64,000 nucleotides of DNA, from assembly GCA_964016885.1 (NCBI GenBank), contig OZ024743.1:184512001-184576000 (forward strand). The letters run 5' to 3'. The DNA is from Eledone cirrhosa. Its lineage: Eukaryota. A program made the position numbers and the translations under genes. Numbering within the stretch: the stretch's first letter is position 1; the number at the start of each line of letters is the position of its first letter. Under the pieces are notes generated by a model. It was not told the origin of the DNA. It ran no database searches and was given only the letters and a program-made list of their open reading frames with translations. Shown one piece after another: positions 50,150-64,000 of this stretch.

Positions 50150-51420
50150 TATGTAGTTAAGTAATTTTTTGTTGTTCGTGTTTATTGCTGTGCAGCACGT
50201 GACAATTGTATCGTTTTGTTAGGTTTGCGCTTGTCGTTGCGGATGTGGGTTTGTTTTTATTTGGGTTATTGTTGGTGTTTGTTGTGGTGTTGATGATCGT
50301 GCCGGTAGGGTTGATGATAGTGATGATGTTGGTGGTGGTGGAAGTGGGACTGACAATAATGATGATGTGGTGTTGAAGTTTTGAGTTTTTTTTGTTTGTT
50401 TGTTTGTTTCGCCCCTTTTTGGGTGGTGGTGGTGAAAGGGGGTAGTTCATTCTTTTTTTTCTGATTGTTTTCCTCCTCAACCTCATCACTATGTATGTCC
50501 AATTGTGTGACATCGGGGAGAGATATGTCTTCCACAGGCATTGGTATTGCAGTTGGTGGTGGATGTGGGAGTTTTGTTTTTGCCATTGTTCATGCTGGCG
50601 CTGGTATTTTTGTTGTGACTGCGGCTGCAGTTAGTTTAGTTGCTCCCAGCATGTGATCTGGAATGGGAAGGAGAGGGGGTCGTGTCTCTGCCTTTGTTTT
50701 GGGCAGAAGGCCTTTAGGTGGTTTTTCTCCCCACAGATATGGCACCTTGGCTGTCTACCCTCGACAGTCATGGGTTGGTGGATGCCGTCATCTCCTGGTT
50801 TGTTTGGATCATCAGTTCCATCTCCGATCCTATCAAGTTTTCTTGCTTTATTTTTGCTGTGTCCAAAATTGTTGTTATCTCCTCGATGTCAGCAAGGACA
50901 GCCACCATCAGCCAAGTAATAGCTATTGGGGGTGGCAATTGGGTTACTCTAACTCCAATGAGTTTTTGGCCACAGCAAGTTGACACCATGGTGATCTCTT
51001 CATTGCAGAATAGTGGGATGGAGTGTGCCCCGTCTTCTTGAGGGATGGCAAAGAGAATATCAACAGTCCATATTTTGACCCCCCTGGGCTTTGTATGTTC
51101 TATGTTCCCACACAACGCCATTTCATACTAATTATGTGGTACAAGACAGTACAAGACGTCTGTTCTCCATGATGTCAGATGGATGAGTATGGTTGACTCT
51201 GTGGCCACTCTTCTTCACCAACCGATTGGCCTCTCTTATTTCCTCCTCACTGACATAGACTCCTTCTACGTTTTTAGCCACCTTCACAAAGGATATGGTC
51301 ACTTTTGAGGCTTCGTTATCTCTGCTACTGCTGTTGGTTCTGTTATTGTTGTTATTATTTTTACCGATTTAGTATTGCGTAGTTAAGATGATAAAGTGGG
51401 AATTTTTCAAAATCTCTGCT
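50150..51420 (-). mobile_element. Degenerate LINE ORF1 (gag-like), probably Tx1/L1
   Basis: Broken ORFs with RRM-like segments, Cys/His knuckle remnants and a Pro/Thr/Asn-rich tail, upstream of the Tx1 ORF2 fragment. Confidence 0.45.
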
Positions 51421-51454
51421 GTTTATAAACAAAGCCAAGCTTTGTATCTTCTAT

Positions 51455-52196
<742 letters not shown>

Positions 52197-52462
52197 TTAA
52201 GACTATACAGAGCATTTGATGTTTTTCCAAATTAAGGATAAGTATTTTAGACTTTATTTTATCATGAGTTAAGGGTCTATTGATTTTTCCCTGGATTTCA
52301 CTAAATTCTGTGGATGAATTTGTATCCTGATTCTCATCTGAGATGAGTTTGAATTATTTTTCCTACATCTTACGTTAACTATTTTTCCCATCTTGACGAC
52401 ATAGTTGCATATATGTTATGGAATACTATTAGCTTCTCGCTAAAACAATTTCTATACCTTTC

Positions 52463-52516
<54 letters not shown>

Positions 52517-52716
52517 GTGAGGTTTTTTTTACAAAATGAAAAATAACTGAGGTGTCCTACACGAGTGAAAGTATAAAGAAAAAAAGATGAAATCGAAAAT
52601 GCAACTGGAGTCTTATTTTTAAAAAAAATATATATATTTATTTGGTTCCTTTACCGGTTTCGCAGTTCTTCTGCTTTTCAAAAGTAGAGTTGAGATGGAG
52701 GGTCTGTGGTTTTTCT

Positions 52717-52775
<59 letters not shown>

Positions 52776-53089
52776 TATGATTATATGGCTTCAATTGAAT
52801 GGAACGAAGGTGTGGGTGGCATATAGGTGGAAATGGTAGCACATTGGTCTGGATAACCAAAGATGACTAATAGACAGTATAAGCACTATTTACTGTACTA
52901 GCTATTTTTCAAAATCTCCGCTGTTTATAAACAAAGCCAAGCTTTGTATCTTCTATAAATACATATATATATATATATATTCATGCGCTATGATTATATA
53001 GCTTCAATTGAATGGAACGAAGGTGTGGGTGGCATACTGGTGTAAATGGTAGCACATTGGTTTGGATAACCAAATACATAACCAAAGCC

Positions 53090-53980
53090 CTGGTGCTCAG
53101 AAAGTACAGTAGCCAGAGTCAGAACGGGATGGAAAAAGTTCAGAGAGCTTATACCACTATTGGCCACTAAAGGTTTCTCTCTAAAAATGTAAGACAGATT
53201 GTATGATGCCTGCATAGGAACAGCAATGTTACATGGCAGTGAGACATGGGCATTGTGTGCAGAGGATCTGCGCAGACTGGAGAGGAACGAAGCTTGCATG
53301 CTCCATTGGATGTGTAATAGTAATATACGTGAACGGGAAAGCATAAATTAACTAAGTCAGAAATTAGGAATAAGAGGGATCAGATGCCGTTTACTCGAGA
53401 GAAGACTACATTGGTATGGTCATGTGATGTGCATGAAAGACGACAGCTGTATAAAAAGGTGCAGGGCGATGGAAGCTACGGAGTAGGCAGACCCAGAAGA
53501 ACCTGGGATGATTTGATAAATTCCGACCTTACAGTTACACCACTCCAAGACAATGGACCGAGATCTTTGGCGCTACACAGTAATACAGAAGATCCGCCTT
53601 GTCTATGTACAAAGCAAAACCTACAGCCAGTAGGCACCTCTTAATCAAATATACACCCCCATCCCACTACCCCACCCCCCACCCCCACCCCCAGCAACAC
53701 CACTCTTTTCTCTGTAAAGTTATGTTGGTACCACAACATCCTAAATAAATGAGGTCATGTAGGTGTCCCGACAAAAAAATAAACACAGTCCACGCTGTAA
53801 TGTGGCCGTGTAAGTAACACGGTAAAAACCTCCCAGTCCACACTGTAACGTGGTTGGTGTTAGGAAGGGCATCCAGCCGTAGAAAACCTGCCAGACAGTC
53901 CTATACGAGCGAGACGACCAATTTTGCCTGACAACCATGTTAGCGTGGAAGATAGACGTTAAACAATGATGATGATGATA
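53090..53980 (+). mobile_element. RTE 3' fragment
   Basis: RVRTGWKKFREL, HGSETWAL, 3'UTR, (GAT)n. Confidence 0.85.
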
Positions 53981-54129
53981 TAAAAAATAGCACTACTAGG
54001 CACTGCACACATATTACGAAAAGTACTATCAATACAATAGAACCAGCAAAAACTACACAGGTCATACCCAAGGCGCATAGTGCTGTGCTCAGTAAAACAG
54101 TAATGATGCGCAATAAAAAAATAAAAAAA

Positions 54130-54506
54130 TAATTGTTTCTACTTTTGGCAGGCACGAGCCCAGCAATTACCCCAGTGTATTACTGGTGCTTTATTTGAAA
54201 GGCAAAGTTAACCTTGGCGGGATTTGAACTCAGAACGCAAAGGGCCATAACTCTATGCTGCAAAGCATGGTGTCTTTGCTCTACTGATACTGCCATAATA
54301 ATAATAATAATAATAATTGTTTCTACTTTTGGCACAAGGCCAGCAATTATTCCAGTGTATTACTGGTACTTTATTTTATCGACCCCGTAGAGATGAAAGG
54401 CAAAGTTAACCTCGGCGGGATTTGAACTGAGACCATAAAGGGCCGTAACTCTTTGCTGCAAAGCATGGCGTCTGACCCTCTACCGATACTGCCAATACAC
54501 CGCCCA
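54130..54506 (-). mobile_element. Two tandem tRNA-derived SINEs within (AAT)n
   Basis: Family match, separated by (AAT)n. Confidence 0.85.
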
Positions 54507-55337
54507 TAATAATAATAATAATAATAAATAATAATAAAGAGAAAAATAGAGAAAAGGGGAGGGACATCAAACTCTACACCCCAGTCTAGGCGATCACAGA
54601 AACTTCAAAATAACTTTTTTTTCCTTTTTAAAAAATAAAATTTATACTTTTCTCACATATATTTGGTGCTCATTCTGTTAAAATGTTTAACTATTCAATG
54701 TATGCGTGTACATTAACTCCTTACATATATGTGTGTGTGTGCGATGCTAGCGTGGAAAATGGACATTAAACAATGAGAATGATGATGATATATGCAAGCA
54801 GGGAAAAGCGGACGTAAAATGATGATGATGATGATGATGATAAATCAGGAGAGAACCAGTTTAAAACTAGTTAGAGCATTACTCAACAGAGTATTTGGTA
54901 CTTAGGGTAGTAGAGTATGGCTACATTATAAAGAATCGGGACCCAATAGCTGAGCTCTTGCAAGATGCAGAATGCTTAAATTTGATGGAAACTATAGAGT
55001 AGGAAGACTTGGGATGAGGTGATAAAAGCTGACCTTGCACAATTGCAGCTCTCACAGGACCGAGATCTTTGACGTTATGCAGTAATACAGAAGACCTGCC
55101 TTCCTGTGAACACAGGCTGAAACATACATTTAGTATGCATCAGCTTCACTTCTACCCCACCCCCCTTCCATACACCTCCCATGAGCACTGGCTGAAGCAT
55201 ACATCTAGTAAGCACCACCTACACCTCCATCCCCTTTCATACACCTCCCACTCCTCCTCTCACACACACCCATATACCCACCTCCCTAATCCCCACACTC
55301 TTTTCCCACCAAAGTCCCCAGACGACACTGTAAAGTG

Positions 55338-58160
55338 GTTGCTTTCGGCGATTGTGGTCGACTGCGTGGTGGATGGAATCGGCGTAGTTATGGGCGTGGA
55401 CGTGATTGGCCGTTTAAGAGGCCTCACAGTGAACGATGTTGGCGTAACGTTTGGCAGCGCTGTACTGGTATGCGCTGTGAGTATGCGACAGGAGAACGAG
55501 AAGACCCACGAGGAAAAATATGCCGTTTACACTGTACAGGATAAGGACTTCAAGGCCATGTTCGACGGGCAACGATGGGTTGTTGAGTGGTACTGGAAGG
55601 GAGAACCACCAACACTGAAGAACAAAGTGGGCTGCTATCAGCACACATTGAAAGGAGACACTAGGAGCGAGTTTGAGAGAGAGGTAGAGAGATGGATCGA
55701 AGAGGGCATACTGCTTCCCTGGAAAGAGGAGGTGAAGCGTGGGGTACTGCCGTTAATGGCGGTGGCGCAACCCACGAAGAACAAGGTGAGACTGGTATTG
55801 GATTTTCGGGAGCTGAATAAGCACGCGTCGTGCCACACGGGTGGCAAGTTCACGGATGTCTGTGGGGAAACCCTTTGTGAGTGGAGACGTATGATGGAGG
55901 GGGGGGGTCCACAATCGTCGATTTAAAGTCGGCATATCTACAGCTACACATGGAGGAGAAGCTGTGGCAGTATCAGCTGGTCAGGTATAAGGGCCGGACA
56001 TATTGCCTGACCAGGCTCGGCTTTGGGCTGAACTCTGCACCGAAGATCATGACAGCGGTCCTCAAGACCATTCTGGGAAAACTGACAAGATGAAGAAGGC
56101 TACCAATTCCTACATCGACGACATCCTAATGGACGAGACTGTTGTGTCGGCGGCAGAGGTCACGAGCCAGTTACAAGGGTATGGATTGACTGTGAAGCCG
56201 TCAGAGGCGTTGGAGGGAGGAGCCACGCTGGGACTTAGGCTGCAAAGAGGCAAGACGGGCACGTTAGTATTTCGGAGGGGAAATGAAGTCCCGGAACTGG
56301 GCCCAAATATGAATAGACGGGAACTCTTCTCGGCATGTGGAAAATTGGTGGGTTACTACCCAATCGCTGGGTGGCTTCCGACGGCATGCAGCTATGTCAA
56401 GAGACGAGCGGACGTGACAAAGTGAGAGAGAGGACGGTAGCCATGATGCAGGAGATCGTGGGGAGAGTGAAGGCCGACGACCCAGTGCGAGGACGCTGGT
56501 ATGTACCCGAATTGCAGAGCAGGACCGTATGGTGTGATGCCAGTAGCATAGCGTTAGGTGTCACGTTGGAGATAGGAGGTGTCGATGTCGAGGATGCAGC
56601 CTGGCTCAGGAAGAAGGATGATTGCAATCACATCAATGTGGCCGAGCTGGACGCGGTGTTGAGAGGGGTGAACCTCGCCTTGAGGTGGGGACTGCGCACC
56701 ATTGAGATTCGCACCGACTCGGCCACTGTACTCGGATGGGTGAGATCAGTGCTTACCAGTGGGAAGAGAGTGTGAACGAGAGGAGCAGCAGAAATGCTGA
56801 TAAAGCGCTGCTTGGGAACTCTAGGAGAGCTGGCCACCGAGTTCGACCTGAGGTTGAGTGTGGTCTTCGTGCCCTCAGAGAAAAATAGAGCAGACGTTCT
56901 AACCAGGGTGAAGAAAGCCTGGATGGTAGCGCCGTAGGATGTAGAAGAGGGGATAGTTGCTGTGTGTTGGTTGAGCGAGTCGGAACTTAAAGGTTTGCAT
57001 GACATGCACCACATGGGAGTGGATAGGACCCTGTTCCTAGCCAGGAGAATCGACTCCGACGTTAATAGACACAGTGTCCAGAGAGTGGTCAGAGACTGCG
57101 TCCGATGTCAGTCTATCGATCCTGCCCCGGGTGTGCACAAGACGGGAAGTCTCCCAGTGGATCACGACTGGCGGTGGACGTAACACACTACCGACAGGGA
57201 ACATACCTTTCGATGGTTGACTATGGACCGGGACAGATGGCGATATGGAGGGAAATGAAGACGGGAACTGCGGAGGAAATCACACGGCCGTTGAGAGAGC
57301 TATTCTTGGAGCGGGGCCCTGTGGATGAACTGCTGATGGACAACAGCGCAGCGTTCCGCTCGGAGGCGCTGAGGGAGATGCTTGATGGGTGGAAGGTGGA
57401 CTGCTTCTTCAGAGCAGCATACAGGCCAAGCGGAAATGGAATCATGGAGTGACACTACCACACAATCAAAGCAATGGCGGAGCAGGGGAACATCTCACCA
57501 ATGGAGGCAGTGTTTTGGTAGAACATGTCCCCTCGGGTGGGACAGACTGAGGAATCGGTGCCACACAGAGCAATATACAGATACGAGTGGCGGCACCCGT
57601 GCACTGTACCACAACGGCCAGTGGAGAGAGAGAACGCATTCGTACAGGTGGGCAAAGAAGTCTGGGTTAGGCCCCCAGATGCACGTTGCACATCTCAATG
57701 GGGAAAGGGAACGGTAACGGCCGTAAATTCCCAGAATAACGTGTCTGTGGATGGAGTGCCACGTCATATCCTGGATGTCCGTAGAATTGTTGTGTCGATG
57801 GACTCCAAAGAAGAGGAAATCCAAAGTGCTGCCCCAACATTACGGAGATCGCAACGAGATCGCCGACCGCCTGGCTGGACAGCAGATTATCACATGCAGC
57901 AGTATGAAGGGGAGATTGATCCTTGAGATCAGGGGGGCGTGTGGGGATGGTGTGGAGGAGGTGACCGGAGGCGGAAGACGAAGTGATGTGAGATGCGTAC
58001 CCAGGAGCATCTGTGGGTTCTCTTTCGGCTGTGACCCGCGACGGACGGACGTGCGAATGCAAGCTGCAACTTGGCGAACGGATTATACCCCCGTGGATGA
58101 GGCATGGCTCGCTGAGTGATCTAGCAGGATTGCGGTAAGTGCAGTAGCTTTCTCATTACA
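55338..58160 (+). mobile_element. Decayed Gypsy-type LTR retrotransposon (pol + PPT + probable 3' LTR)
   Basis: RT (RLVLDFRELN, VDLKSAYLQ, RLGFGLNSAP, YIDDIL); RNase H (WCDASS, HINVAEL, RTDS, NRADVLTR); integrase (H-H-C-C, AVDVTH, MDNS, PSGNGIME) in RT-RH-IN order; purine tract AGGGGGGCG then TGT at 57940; frameshifts; LTR end uncertain. Confidence 0.88.
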
Positions 58161-58732
58161 GATTCAGTGTAAGCCCATCTTTTCTGAATCATGCAGATAT
58201 AAGCAAATAGCAAAGAGGCAATTTTATGTTATAAAAACGTTAACCACATGAACTACAAAAATCTGTTACTTTTATCTTTACAGCTTGTAACCATGATACA
58301 GATGTGTATACTTTGTCTCAGCAATTCATTTGCAACTTTAAAGAAAAAAACTTCTAAATATTCTGAATATAGTTGATATAGCCCATGGATGTTTTCCAAA
58401 ACTGACTGTTGCCTATGATAAAGATTTTCACCGAAAGCAGACAGACTAACTGTTTCATTATAGATTTTAAAATACTATCAACTTGTTAAATTAATATTTT
58501 AATTCATCGTTTGTTTCCTTCGCTGAACAGTCTGACTATGAACGCTGCTGGTCTCCCTCTCTATATCGATGAGGGCAAATTCATAACTTTCTGTCTATCC
58601 ACCTCTTTCTGTCACCTCGAAAACACACGTCGTTTCTTTTTCTTTCTCTATCCATGTGCATATCCCTCGCTTGGTGCTCCCCCTCGCTATATAAAGTGAA
58701 CGTGACGGACGGACAAAGCTCTCAGTATAAAA

Positions 58733-58860
58733 CTAGCTGGCCCCATGCCGTCAAAAATGACGGCTAATTGTAATATCTATACATAATATAAAAAAAGAGA
58801 TATTGTCCTTCCTCAGTCGACGTTATCACCCCTTCCTTCCTCAGCTATAATATTAGTAGA
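58733..58860 (-). mobile_element. Mini non-autonomous Helitron
   Basis: Minus strand starts TCTACTAATATTATAG and ends with hairpin GCCGTCA-TTTT-TGACGGC, 10 nt spacer, CTAG|T. Confidence 0.6.
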
Positions 58861-60187
58861 CAGAATTTTGAGACTAGTAAACCTGGGCAATACCAAGTAC
58901 AACTGTCAACACATGTGCGCGCGTGCAAATGCACACATACACGCTTAGTGTGTGTGAATATGTGCGCACGCGTGTATACATGTATATATTCCTTATGTCA
59001 TAAATTTTTTTAATAATTATTGTAATCGTTACAGCTCCATGAAAAAGTTAATGAAATTGTAGATATGTGTTGAAGATTATAAATTCATTTTGTCTAGGGA
59101 CGATCATATACAGTCACGGGATATATGTAATAATTGATGGTGGGGGTGGAACTTGTGCCAAATTACGACGTTAAAACGGAATATTTATTCGCTGGGTAAT
59201 TATTTTCGTGTTTCACCCATCTGTTATTAAATAGCTACATATAAATATGTCTTCTGATTATTATCACGAATTACACTAAATGCGTCACTTTTTATAGGTA
59301 AGTGGACCCATTAATCTATTATTGTCTAGAGTTCATTGTTATCTCTATTTAATATTTCATCATATGTATGGGAGGATGGATTACAAAGAGCAAGTAAAAT
59401 GGCCATTATTGTTTTATGTTCTCTACGACTATCGATGTATATTACATATGGCAACGCCGCGCCTATGGTGCAACCCCTCCGTAATCATTTGAACTGCTTG
59501 AAATAGCAGCTAAATATCCTCCATATTGTATTCTACTGTCAGGAAAAGGAGTGGTCACATCTGGAATGCCGCACTTGATCATCGGCCAACTCAATTAGAG
59601 CTAGTCTACAGTTGACTACATTACATTAAATCAAATTAAAACGACTTAGTGACGATAGTTTTGGGTTGTTTTTTTTCTTTCTGTTTTATATATTCTGTTA
59701 ACTGAATTCTTGGAAAATTGATTAAACACTCTTCTCAATTTCAGTGAGAAATAATTTTTATTGTCGTTCTTTTTTTTTTCGTGTGCCAGCATGCTGGAGG
59801 TGGGATTTGGTGATATCACACGAACCCCCCCCCCCCCCCCCATGCCCCTCAGGAAAAAAATGATTTCGTACTGAAACCTAGAGAGTTGTTTTTCCATAAT
59901 AATACCGAATTCTTTTTCTACTTTATGCAAATATATATATATATATATGTATGTACATACATACAAGGGTGAATGAGTGGGGTAGGGTTTGGTCAATTTA
60001 GTTGTGATTAGCTGTTATCAAATATCAACTAAGATATAAAAAAAAACTTCGATATGCGATAAACATAGCATGTACATAAATTGTAGCACATACAAACAGA
60101 TGTGTTTTGGTAGTTTGGGGAGAAAATATATAATTATTGGGGTGGGGGCAGGGCCCCCTCCAGTTCCACAGCCCCTGTAAACATACA

Positions 60188-60740
60188 TACGTGGTATGTT
60201 CTAAAAGTAAGGGTACTGATGTTTTATTTAAATATATATTAGACGTACATGAAATTACAAGTTAGCTCCTTCAAAATACGACTCTTGGGAAGATACACAG
60301 AGGTTCCAACGTTTTTTTTTTTCAAAAGTCATTTTCTGTGAGTGTTACAATTTTTTTACATGATTTCCACAGTCCCTACGTAATTGTTTCTACTTTTGGC
60401 ACAAGGCCAGCAATTACTCAGTACATTACTGGTACTTTATTTTATCGACCCCGTAAGGATGAAAGGCAAAGTTAACCTCGGCGGGATTTGAACTCGGATC
60501 ATACAGGGAGGTAACTCTATGCTTCAAAGAATGGCGTCCGACCCTCTACCGATACTGCCATTCCACCACAGTCCCTACATAATGACCCTTTAACTTCGAT
60601 TTCAACTTAGGGAAGAAGTAGAAATCACACAGAGCTAGATTTGGGCTGTAGGGAGGATGTGGAAGAGTGGGAATGTTTTTCTTCAAAAGAAATTCTCTAA
60701 CTGAAGATCAGTGCACATGGGCTTACCGCTGCGACCAGTT
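60188..60740 (-). mobile_element. Mariner transposase 3' remnant interrupted by a SINE (60381-60568)
   Basis: LPHPPYSPNLALCDFYFFPKLKSKLKG matches the mariner YSPDLAP.D motif; SINE target duplication ccacagtccctac. Confidence 0.8.
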
Positions 60741-62252
60741 TCCCAAAACAACTGGAGCCTGTCGGCAAGAAGACAGGATAACCCTTTTAACATATGAAGT
60801 GTGGGTGGGTAAATCTCTAATCTCTAATCTGGTACACCATGTGCTGAGACACGTTTTTTTCTCCCATCCTTATTGCCTCAACCACAAGTCTAGACATTAC
60901 CACAGAGGAGCATAAGATATCCAAATACCGAGACTTGGCTGACTGCTTCCTTTTTGTGCCAGTAACCGTCAAGACTTTCAGTATCTTCGGTCTCTGGACT
61001 GTCGGTTTGTGCATTCTGCCTGGGGGAAGAGCTCCTTGAGGTGGAGTGGATATCACTGGTTGTTCTTCAAACTGATGCTTTTAACGCCTTGTATACAGGG
61101 TGCAGCTGAGATGAACCATCTAGACAGGAGTATAGAATCTGTCTCTCCCACCTCCGTCCCCCTTTTATCGTTTATTTAATTTTTTCACTCTTCCTGTTTA
61201 TTATGCAAAATATTTATGTCAATAAAATTTGTTTACCCCAACCCCTAATTCGGAACCTTTATTTTATAAACATAAAGTTTAGTATTTTAAAAAGGAGCTA
61301 GCTTAATCATGTATTAACTGTCTTCCCAACACTCAGGCTTATTTGTTTATTTTTACCTGTCATTACTCCAGAAGTGGTGTGTTAAAAGCACAGTCCAGGG
61401 TAAAGTCTCTGACAGAAATTTAACATGGTATAATAAGAATGATATTTAGACCCAGGAGTGTTTGTATGACACTCTGTAAAATGGTTGGCAATCATCCGAA
61501 GACAATATGGGGAAGTTTGGACTCTTCTGTCTTGCTGAGTATATAAATTCTCTAGTGCTGGTGATAATAAAATGCACCCAATACACTCTGTAAAGTGATT
61601 GAGATTAGGAAGTACATTCAGCCAGATATGGGACATATGAGCAACTTTTGGTCTGTGACAGCCTGTCCACCCCCTATCAGCATGGAAAAAACATACATAA
61701 AATGATGATGATGGTGACAGTCCTATCAAAGCTTACTGAAGCAATCTGAACTTCCCTGTGATAATTATTTGGAGCTAGGTGGACTTATCCATTGAAAGTT
61801 AAGTGAATTGACAATGGATGCATTTCAGTTCTTATGACAGGATATGAACCCGGCAACTCATAGCTCTATTCTGACTTGTCCTATGTGTACTACATAAAGG
61901 TAAAGTTTCAGATACTTCTATTATGGATTTTGAGGCTATGTGTGTATCTAGTTTAGAATAAGTATACTGAATCTCTGTGTATCATAAGAGATGACTAAAA
62001 GGGCATCAGATTGTAAAACATTGCTTCAAAAAGGATCCCATGATGACCGTGAAGCCTTTCATGGGGCTCTGTAAGGCTAATCTCTGCTTTAGCAGGGGAA
62101 ATGCCCTTAAAACACTTGGTGCTGCTCTCCAATGGATTATTGTACTCACCATCTTTGATATTGTATTATGTTTTCAACACAGATTTCTGATATTCCACTT
62201 ATTTTTCCTTACAATTCCAGAAGCATCACATAGCTACCTTTTCACTCACACC

Positions 62253-62469
62253 ATGGAATCATTTCAATACCAGATACAAAATGATGACATCTCTACAGAA
62301 AGCAGTTCTCGAATAACTGTTGTGAATTTCCAGCCAAACAACTACATCCAATATGACCAACATATCCATCCTAATATGGTTTCAGATGAAACCAAAATTT
62401 GGCAGCAGCCATGGCCCAAAGTGATAGGAATTACTCAAATAACATTAGGTGTTATTACTTCTTTAATTG
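62253..62469 (+). CDS. First coding exon of an MS4A/CD20-like tetraspan membrane protein; gene continues beyond this exon
   Basis: Pyrimidine tract + cag acceptor at 62220; ccATGg start; polar N-terminus then WPKVIGITQITLGVITSLI(G), like the MS4A TM1 motif 'PK.LG..QI..G'; donor G|gtatgt. Confidence 0.65.
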
Positions 62470-62959
62470 GTATGTTGACTTGATTGTTTTTTTTTTTTTT
62501 GTATTTCAACTATAAATGTTTATAATTTTAACCCTTTCGATACCAAATCATCTGAAACTTTTCTTGGTTCTTTGATTAAAAGCAGTTTGTTTTAAATTGT
62601 TCATGTTTAAGTTCAAACTATCAATTTTAATTATTTTATAAGAACCTTTTCTTAAGTTCTGTTCTAAATACCAACTTAATAACAAGAAAGTTAGACATAT
62701 TACTAAGCCCCTCCAAAATTAATTGAAAATCATAAACAATATATTTCATTATAAATATGGTAACTAAAGGGTTAAATTAATTGTGAATGCAAAGGAAAAT
62801 ATCCCATACACCACAAACAAAAAGTAAACACTTGCTTTATATGTGTTGTATAGGTAGGTCTTTTACATATCCATTGAAGCTTAGTTAAATTATCATCATC
62901 AACATTGTTTTTACTGCTCACATTTGAACACTCCCACCTCCTCTTTCACCAGCTAAGTA

Positions 62960-63818
62960 CAGGGTGCTCGAAGTTGAAGGGATCTATGGAAATGGAAGAC
63001 CTAGGAAAGCATTGGATGAAGTGGTAAAAGCTGACCTTGCACAATTAAACCTTTCAAAGGTGATGACACAGGATCAAGATCTCTGGTGACATGCATATAC
63101 TTCTCGTATCTGAATACTGCCCCTCCTCTTTCATCAGCTAAGTACCCCACATTATACCTACCTTTCCAATCCTCATCCTGCATACACCACACCCTCCCTC
63201 AACCCCCAACTCCTGATACACCTCTCCTGTCCAACTTATGCATACAAGCATGGAAACCTGGACATGCTCTCCCATAATGCTGCTGCAATGGCAAAAAGCA
63301 TTTAATCCACCCTATAAAGTGGTCATGCTGGTGACACAACAAAAACCCCTAGTCTACCATGTAAGGTGGTCATGTTGGTGACATGACAAAAAGCACCCAG
63401 ATACTCTGTATAGTAGTCATGTTGGTCACATGACAAAAAGTACCCAATCCACCCTGTAAAATGGTTGTGTTGGAGACACGAGAAAAAGCACCCAACCCAC
63501 CCTGTTAGGTGGTTGTGTTAGTGATACGATAAAAAGCACCCTTTCCACCCTGTAAGGTGGTCGTGCTGGTGACTGAAAAAGTACCCAGTCCAATTTGTTG
63601 GGTGAAGAAGTGCCAGGAAATGCCAGTGGAGGGAAGTCATAGTAGAGGTAGTCCAAGAAAAAATCTGGGCAGAGGTGTTGTGAGAGCTGACCTCAAATCA
63701 CTGAGATTTACAGAGGCAATGACAAAGGATCACGACATGTGGAGAGATGCCGGGCTGACCCATTCAACATGCATAGAAAAGCAGACACAAAAACAATGAT
63801 GATGATGATGATGATGAT
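62960..63818 (+). mobile_element. RTE 3' fragments with an expanded 47-48 bp tandem repeat (about 63290-63595)
   Basis: About 6 units of aaaaagcacccagtccaccctgtaaggtggtcgtgttggtgacacga-like sequence; (GAT)n tail. Confidence 0.75.
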
Positions 63819-63845
63819 AAAATATATGTGTGTATGTTTGTGTAG

Positions 63846-63883
<38 letters not shown>

Positions 63884-63928
63884 AGATATGGTTATATATG
63901 TGTGTGTATTGTTCTGTATATAGAAATA

Positions 63929-63960
<32 letters not shown>

Positions 63961-64000
63961 AAGGAGCGAAATTTGAAATCTTTTTTCAGAAATTTAGAAG

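Noticed and set aside
55069-55340. His/Pro-rich N-terminus of the 285-aa ORF suggesting a novel fusion protein
   Set aside because: Chance read-through from a C-rich RTE 3'UTR into the truncated Gypsy pol.
63290-63595. Regularly spaced repeats resembling a CRISPR array
   Set aside because: Units are contiguous degenerate tandem copies with no unique spacers, belong to the RTE 3'UTR, and there are no cas genes in this eukaryotic DNA.

Overview
AT-rich, repeat-dense animal genomic DNA, not prokaryotic. The RTE LINE and tRNA-SINE families suggest a coleoid cephalopod, probably an octopus (inference). Three host genes are supportable: (1) a complete 8-exon Gemin2/SIP1 gene on the minus strand (22654->2949, 250 aa), reconstructed by hand from GT-AG exons and absent from the ORF track; (2) a divergently oriented maelstrom gene with an uninterrupted CDS (27944-29596: HMG box, MAEL domain, RG tail), bracketed by two same-orientation copies of a TA-flanked MITE; (3) the first coding exon of an MS4A/CD20-like tetraspan gene (62253-62469). 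The rest is transposon-derived: RTE LINEs carrying a PHD-type finger inside the RT (one near-intact copy nested antisense in another), CR1, Tx1/L1 and CRE-like fragments, a Penelope element with a minimal hammerhead ribozyme inside Gemin2 intron 1, a decayed Gypsy element, a mariner remnant, a mini-Helitron, a long-TIR element with an 8-bp TSD that carries a LINE fragment, many SINEs and several long fold-back hairpins. All calls come from reading and translating by eye; no database searches were run.
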